Part shown: positions 58,997 through 64,000 of the stretch, in pieces
How positions within the stretch are numbered: the first letter of the stretch is position 1
Layout: each line of letters starts with the position of its first letter
Translations under genes and position numbers: made by a program
Notes under the pieces: generated by a model
What the model was told of the DNA's origin: nothing
The model's database searches: none
The model's input: only the letters and a program-made list of their open reading frames with translations
Assembly: GCA_965238275.1 (NCBI GenBank)
Contig: OZ250186.1
Coordinates: 1,504,001-1,568,000, forward strand
Length of the DNA: 64,000 bases
Origin: Nitrosopumilus sp.
GTDB taxonomy: Archaea; Thermoproteota; Nitrososphaeria; Nitrososphaerales; Nitrosopumilaceae
Direction: 5' to 3'

Positions 58997-59233
58997 ATGC
59001 ACGATACGGAATCAGACACGTTTGTCCCTCAGACTTGGCCTGAGAAGTTCTCAGACATGCTAAGGGAGATTGATGTGGACTCTGAATCAAGGGATGTCGG
59101 CTCCTGTGATATTGAAAGCGGGGACTACTACAGCCGGTACTTTGCCCAGACGCCCAGGATGGTGACCAACAGGGGCTGCCTTGAGATAAAGGACTCCAAC
59201 ATTGACATGGTGCAGATAATCCAAAAGGGGTAA
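58997..59233 (+). CDS. Hypothetical protein (78 aa)
   Basis: Acidic and globular-looking; TTTATTT box upstream; 7 nt before the next gene. Confidence 0.72.
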   Translation: MHDTESDTFVPQTWPEKFSDMLREIDVDSESRDVGSCDIESGDYYSRYFAQTPRMVTNRGCLEIKDSNIDMVQIIQKG

Positions 59234-59240
59234 GTAAGAC

Positions 59241-59618
59241 ATGCAGGATCCAAATCCAATGCCATGGGGCGCGCTTGACAGGTATCAGGCGCATTTTATT
59301 GTAAAAAGGGATGCAGGGACCTCAGTCCAAAACTTTGTTGCAAGAACCACTCTTGAGACCCGGGGCCATTTTGCCTCAAAGACGATCACTGCAGTCCGGT
59401 GGAACGGTCCCGGCAGCCTGGCTGCAAGGCTGAATGGCGATGAGACCCTCAACGGCATGATCAAGGCACAGTCCCTCAAAGACGCGACAATCTATGTCGA
59501 ACCTACCGACGATGTCATCCGAATCAGGGGAAAATGGGACAACCACCTCGCGTTTGGAATTACCCGCCAGATGTTTGACATCTACGACCGGATAGCATCC
59601 CACATAAAGGCGCTTTAG
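59241..59618 (+). CDS. Hypothetical protein (125 aa)
   Basis: Co-oriented with the previous ORF; C-terminal FDIYDRIASHIK helix. Confidence 0.75.
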   Translation: MQDPNPMPWGALDRYQAHFIVKRDAGTSVQNFVARTTLETRGHFASKTITAVRWNGPGSLAARLNGDETLNGMIKAQSLKDATIYVEPTDDVIRIRGKWDNHLAFGITRQMFDIYDRIASHIKAL

Positions 59619-60169
59619 GCCTTCCACCAGTCGATGGCAAGAAAGTCCACCCTGTTCCCGCGTGGCACTGCCAGTATGAACTGCTTTCGTACGGCAGCTG
59701 CGAGCCTTCCTGCCAGAACGATTCCGGTGGATGTGACCGGCTCGCTTCTCTTGTAGACCTGGACCAGGTACGGGGCATGATCGATTCCGGGTCCCTTTTC
59801 ATACACTGCAAAGTCACAGCCGAACTTTATTCCGGGATTCACAATGTACCCCTTGTCCCTGAAATTCTTGTAGACCAGGTATTTTTTGTCAAAATCCTGA
59901 TACTCCTGCCGGCATACCTCCATCATGGCCTCCTCCGTAACCCTTCTCCTGGACCGAGTCACGGTAATCCTCTTGTTCTCCAAAAGGTACAGCCCCTCTA
60001 TAAGATCCAGAATCAGCGGGGCGTCTATCTCTTCAATCTTTGGCTTTGGAATCCCTATGGGCTTTCCATAGTAGCCGCCGCCGAAAAGGGCCTTGGAATC
60101 CTCAATGTCCCATACTATGATTCTGTTCTCGATCAGCTCCCCCCTCATCACTTGTTGGGAATTTTTCAA
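59615..60169 (-). CDS. endA: tRNA-intron endonuclease, catalytic subunit
   Basis: LDLIEGLYL, VYKNFRDKGY, GIKFGCDFAVY, HAPYLV and GRLAAAVRK (Y/H/K triad); start uncertain. Confidence 0.93.
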   Translation of the reverse strand: MKNSQQVMRGELIENRIIVWDIEDSKALFGGGYYGKPIGIPKPKIEEIDAPLILDLIEGLYLLENKRITVTRSRRRVTEEAMMEVCRQEYQDFDKKYLVYKNFRDKGYIVNPGIKFGCDFAVYEKGPGIDHAPYLVQVYKRSEPVTSTGIVLAGRLAAAVRKQFILAVPRGNRVDFLAIDWWKA

Positions 60170-60276
60170 GTATATGAACCATAATTTCACCGGTTACCTC
60201 CGGCGGCCGCCCCCTGCTGCACCACATGAAGACCTGGGGATTTGCTGGCAGCATGGAAAAAATGAGGAGGTGCCGT

Positions 60277-60930
60277 CTAAAGGCTCAATGCCAGCAGGAT
60301 AAACGAGTCTGAGACCCTCTGACACTTGTCAGCCATCTCCTCGATTCCCTCTATCACGTCCTTCATCAGCATCAGCTCCTTTGTATCAGACACTCCTGTC
60401 AAAAGTTTGAGTGTTGCCTGCCTGTACTTGATGTCTATCTCCCTTTCGATAGTCTGCGTCTCCTGGGCCAGCTCAATGGCGCTTGCAGTGTTTGTGTTCA
60501 AGCTTCGAATGATCTCGTTTAGCTTGTAGACCTCGTCTACAACCAGTTTGATAAGGTTTGTCACATCCTTGTCAAGATGTGCGCTCTTTAGGGTTGAAGG
60601 CTTTACGTTTGATAGTTTGAAGGAGATTCCGGTGATGTAGCCGGCAATCTCGTCCATCGTATATGCCGTGTTGAGGAGGTTCTCACGGTTCATTATCAGT
60701 CCTCCGACGTCAGCCACTTCGCGCGTGATCTTTCTTCTCAGACTCTCAACTTCTTCTTCGATAGTCGAGATCTGCTCCAGTGAGTTCTTGATGCCTGCCC
60801 TGTCCTTTCTCATCATCAGATCCGGCAGCGTTGCAAGTTCCCTTGCCGCATTCAGAATTCGGTTAATCTCGTCTTGCAGGACTGCTATGGCCTTTCTCTT
60901 TGCCTGAACTTCAAGTTCTCCGCTATACAT
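60277..60930 (-). CDS. DUF47/PhoU-like protein
   Basis: Two helical repeats: IEEEVESLRR...MDEIA and IEREIDIKYR...IEEMADKC. Confidence 0.88.
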   Translation of the reverse strand: MYSGELEVQAKRKAIAVLQDEINRILNAARELATLPDLMMRKDRAGIKNSLEQISTIEEEVESLRRKITREVADVGGLIMNRENLLNTAYTMDEIAGYITGISFKLSNVKPSTLKSAHLDKDVTNLIKLVVDEVYKLNEIIRSLNTNTASAIELAQETQTIEREIDIKYRQATLKLLTGVSDTKELMLMKDVIEGIEEMADKCQRVSDSFILLALSL

Positions 60931-61144
60931 AACCATTGGTGAAGCCCTTACAGGTAATTTAAATCATTTATGACCGGATTCCGGCCAAACGCCTGCGGCA
61001 GCATGCCTGTCCCCATGGGGGATCCCCCCGGGAATGTCTTGATGCCCGGCGCGCATGGACGGGGATGATTCTGCATGCCCTGCCTGCATTCGGAGGGCCA
61101 GGCACTGCCAAAATCTATATCCCCTTGTAATTCATGGCATTTCG

Positions 61145-61780
61145 TTGAGGATTCACCCTGGAATGATTGGCGGGCTGAAGGGGATAATACCTGGCGGCGT
61201 ATCTGTGGATGATTTTTGTGCAGTCACAGGCATGGGCAGTGAAGACTCCGGCCTGATTCTTGCCGGGCTGGTCAAAGACGGCATCGGCAGTACAGAGGAT
61301 CAGTTCTATTACTTTCAGGACGGTGATCGGCTCAGGATTGCGATCGGCCTGCTTGAGGGGGGACTCCAAGCCGACGATGTCTCAGAGGCCCTTGGCTGGC
61401 GGGATTTTGAAGGACTGACGGCCCAGATTCTCTCCTCGGGAGGATTTGCAGTCATGAGAAACATGATCCTTGCAAAACCCCGAATGGAAATTGACGTAGT
61501 GGGCATCCGGCTGGGCGTTGCGATCCTGATTGACTGCAAGCACTGGAGGCGCTACAGCGAGTCATCCCTGAAATCCGCAGTCAGCAAGCAGATTGCCCGG
61601 ACCAGGCACTACGTGGCAAAGACTGCCGGGGCAGTAGCCGTCCCTGCAATTGTGACGCTGTACCAGGACAAGCTGAGCTTCATCAACAACGTTCCAATAG
61701 TGCCCATCTCCCAGCTCTCCTCGTTTATTGACGAGTTTTATGGCAACCTTGATCAGATGAGGACTATAGAAACAGGCTAG
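61145..61780 (+). CDS. Mrr-like PD-(D/E)xK nuclease-domain protein
   Basis: WRDFEGL...GF, MEIDVVG and IDCKHW; TTG start at 61145 inferred. Confidence 0.82.
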   Translation: MRIHPGMIGGLKGIIPGGVSVDDFCAVTGMGSEDSGLILAGLVKDGIGSTEDQFYYFQDGDRLRIAIGLLEGGLQADDVSEALGWRDFEGLTAQILSSGGFAVMRNMILAKPRMEIDVVGIRLGVAILIDCKHWRRYSESSLKSAVSKQIARTRHYVAKTAGAVAVPAIVTLYQDKLSFINNVPIVPISQLSSFIDEFYGNLDQMRTIETG

Positions 61781-63512
61781 TTATGAACAGGGTAACCCCC
61801 CCAATCACAAACCCCTTGGTGATCTTCAGGGAGTTGTCCAGCGCCTTTGAATAGTCCTCATAAATCCCCTGCCCCATCACCTTTACGCTTGTCTGGCTCT
61901 CCAAAATCTCAAACTTTGCCGGAGCCGTGCGCGCCTCTGCATCCCTTGCAATCTTTAGAAACCATCCTGTGAGCTTCTCGTTACCTGTAATCAGTCCCAG
62001 GTGATAGTATCCGTTTCTGTTTCTTGCCTTTACCGGGGCATAGTGCGTATCTGAGGTACAGATCTCAAAAAGTTCAAGATCCCTTTGGGCAAAATTGCTG
62101 ATAATCTCCTCCCTTGCCCCGTTCTCCATGTTGTTTGCATCCGCCCATCCCAGAAAGTATCCCTTTTTGTTTATCTTCAGGCAGGCTACTCCGAGTCCTC
62201 CCATGCCCAGATCCTCCGTCCAGACGTCCATCCCTTCGGAATTTGCATAGCCAAACTCGACTGGGAACTTGTCCTTTGTACCCAGTGCGTCAAGGCATGA
62301 TCTTGCGGCACTCTGCATGTCCCTGCCGTCCTCATCTGAGATTACATCCCCCATTGCGTTGTGGCAGTCCACTATCATCGGCCTTGCATAGTTTTTGCCG
62401 TGTGCGTACTGCTCGATGTCAGTCTTCATGTAGTTTGGAATGTCCTCCATGCCGTGCGGTGACAGCGAGAGGAGCAGCAGCGGGCAGTCGCCAAACAGCA
62501 GGCCGGTAACCCGTGCCTTGTTTGTCTGAACCGTGACAGGCTCCGTACACTGCATGCCCTCCCCCTTGACGCTGTTCTCATCCAGGCTGCCCAGATAATT
62601 TTTGACCTCGTCTTGTGTCGGAAGATTCAGCGAATGATCTGAAATACTGTGCATGACCATGGCCGATGACGACCATTTCTTGTAAATCCTGTACGGTATG
62701 TTGCTTCCGCCCACGGGGTGGTACGGGCCCGGATGAATCTCCGGGAGAACCATCCTGAACTCCGTGCCGCCGTCTGAGGATGAGATTCTTATCTGGGACG
62801 TCGACACGCTTGTCTTGCTTGAGCGCTGCTCCATAATCTCTTCTGCCTCTGTATAGTCGTCCTTTTGTGATGCAAGATACGCCTGTATGGTCTTGTGCGT
62901 GCTCTTCATTCCCGGCCTTCCGGCCCTGTCTGTGAGAAACGACCAGACGCTGGCAATTACCATAAACGAGATTCCATACCCGAGCGCGAGCGGCTCGGTA
63001 AGCATCGCAAGCCACATGTCGTGCGGGATTAATACCATGAACATTGCAAGCGGCTGTATGAGGCATATGGCCCACGCCTTCTTGATGCTCGCCCCGAGGG
63101 TGGTGGTGTAAATCCCTATCCTGAAACTTGCATACAGGAGCATTCCAAATGTTACAAAGAACAGGGAGGGCTCCTTGTCCAGTACGATGCTTGCCAGTAT
63201 TCCCATCAGAATGGTAACCACCCACAGCATGTTTGCAAACAGTGACGAATGCAGCGATTTTGAGTACTCTTTCTTCCTTGCAAACCTGGTATCAAGCAGC
63301 TGTGTCAGTCCCAGCACGGCAACGATTATTGGAATTCTGTACCATACATCGTCAAAGGCAATCTGGCCAAGGTATCCCAGGTACGTTGCAAGCGCAATTA
63401 CCGTCGCGATGGCCAGCGATGCTGCCAGCGAGAAATAATGCGACGAAGGGTTCAGCAGTGTAAGGGAAAACCTGTTGTGTATGTTGGAGACATTATCCGG
63501 ATATTCTTCCAT
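61764..63512 (-). CDS. DUF2070-family membrane protein
   Basis: N-terminal TM bundle; IHPGPY.PVGGSN, VDCHN, DANNM and TSDTH. Confidence 0.88.
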   Translation of the reverse strand: MEEYPDNVSNIHNRFSLTLLNPSSHYFSLAASLAIATVIALATYLGYLGQIAFDDVWYRIPIIVAVLGLTQLLDTRFARKKEYSKSLHSSLFANMLWVVTILMGILASIVLDKEPSLFFVTFGMLLYASFRIGIYTTTLGASIKKAWAICLIQPLAMFMVLIPHDMWLAMLTEPLALGYGISFMVIASVWSFLTDRAGRPGMKSTHKTIQAYLASQKDDYTEAEEIMEQRSSKTSVSTSQIRISSSDGGTEFRMVLPEIHPGPYHPVGGSNIPYRIYKKWSSSAMVMHSISDHSLNLPTQDEVKNYLGSLDENSVKGEGMQCTEPVTVQTNKARVTGLLFGDCPLLLLSLSPHGMEDIPNYMKTDIEQYAHGKNYARPMIVDCHNAMGDVISDEDGRDMQSAARSCLDALGTKDKFPVEFGYANSEGMDVWTEDLGMGGLGVACLKINKKGYFLGWADANNMENGAREEIISNFAQRDLELFEICTSDTHYAPVKARNRNGYYHLGLITGNEKLTGWFLKIARDAEARTAPAKFEILESQTSVKVMGQGIYEDYSKALDNSLKITKGFVIGGVTLFITSLFL

Positions 63513-63519
63513 TGCTTTT

Positions 63520-63684
63520 TCACGGGACTAAAAATATGTCAATTAGCCATGATGCCACGATTAAGCTTATGGGGATTGATATTACGATCTTTGGATCCAG
63601 CTTGAATCCCTTGGTCTCATCCTCAAAGAACCTCATGAGGCCCCCGCTTGAAGCCGGAAGCGGTGCTGCTTTTTTGCTACTCAT
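63520..63684 (-). CDS. secG: Preprotein translocase subunit Sec61beta (not in ORF track)
   Basis: MSSKKAAPLPASSGGLMRFFEDETKGFKLDPKIVISIPISLIVASWLIDIFLVP*: GL.RFF.D...K.DP followed by a TM helix. Confidence 0.93.
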   Translation of the reverse strand: MSSKKAAPLPASSGGLMRFFEDETKGFKLDPKIVISIPISLIVASWLIDIFLVP

Positions 63685-63754
63685 TCAATCCAATTGCGAG
63701 GATTTTAACATAAAAACTTTATTCTTCAGACGGGGTGCAGGCCCTGCCTCACCT

Positions 63755-63795
63755 TGTGCTGCGGGCAGTTTTCGTGGGTTTTGCCCCGCAGCACA
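63755..63795. other. Strong GC-rich hairpin upstream of secG
   Basis: TGTGCTGCGGGCA...TGCCCCGCAGCACA. Confidence 0.55.
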
Positions 63796-64000
63796 CCTTA
63801 TCTTGCCTCCGATGCCGTATCCTGGCGTCGCGGCAGTCAGCCCGTGGTGCGATCCTGCAGCTGCACAGGTTCGATGTCTGCAACATTGTGGAGTTAGACA
63901 TAAGCCTAACCGCTTGCTGCGATCACCATTACGTTGTACAAAAAGTAGTTCCTCCCCTAACCAACGGAGCCGGCGTGTTTGGAAGCAAGATCAGCTTGGT

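Noticed and set aside
58997-59618. Stop read-through or frameshift fusion of the two small ORFs
   Set aside because: Different frames with a 7-nt gap, the second ORF has its own ATG, and there is no clear recoding signal.
61145-61780. Restriction-modification or defence island
   Set aside because: A single nuclease-domain gene among housekeeping genes with no methyltransferase partner.

Overview
Archaeal DNA from an ammonia-oxidising Nitrososphaerota (Thaumarchaeota), family Nitrosopumilaceae. Support: archaeal TBP, class I LysRS, Elp3, CofG/CofH, the DKFP-type shikimate pathway (aroA'/aroB'), futalosine-pathway MqnC with a UbiD, EndA, Sec61beta, DUF2070 and many leaderless genes. The fairly GC-rich codon usage, long spacers, giant surface protein and decayed TnpB suggest a host-associated lineage such as a sponge symbiont (inference). 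Most of the window is housekeeping, with one tRNA-Arg(GCG). Accessory features: (i) two tandem paralogous disordered proteins with 5 and 4 perfect AT-hooks (PRGRPRK) and repeated LPKGF motifs, flanking a small Zn-ribbon gene, which may be an HMGA-like chromatin or scaffold module; (ii) a divergent two-gene winged-helix cassette with palindromic operator-like sites between aroD and aroE, possibly a toxin-antitoxin or switch module; (iii) a cluster of micro-proteins under 60 aa missed by the ORF track (C2H2 finger, Cys-rich, membrane peptides); (iv) a 1,400-aa AT-rich secreted beta-propeller/Ig mosaic; (v) a stand-alone Fic protein; (vi) a multiply frameshifted TnpB; (vii) several MITE-like inverted repeats and short repeat expansions. 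No CRISPR array or rRNA gene was seen. All family calls come from motif recognition and recollection; no database search was run.
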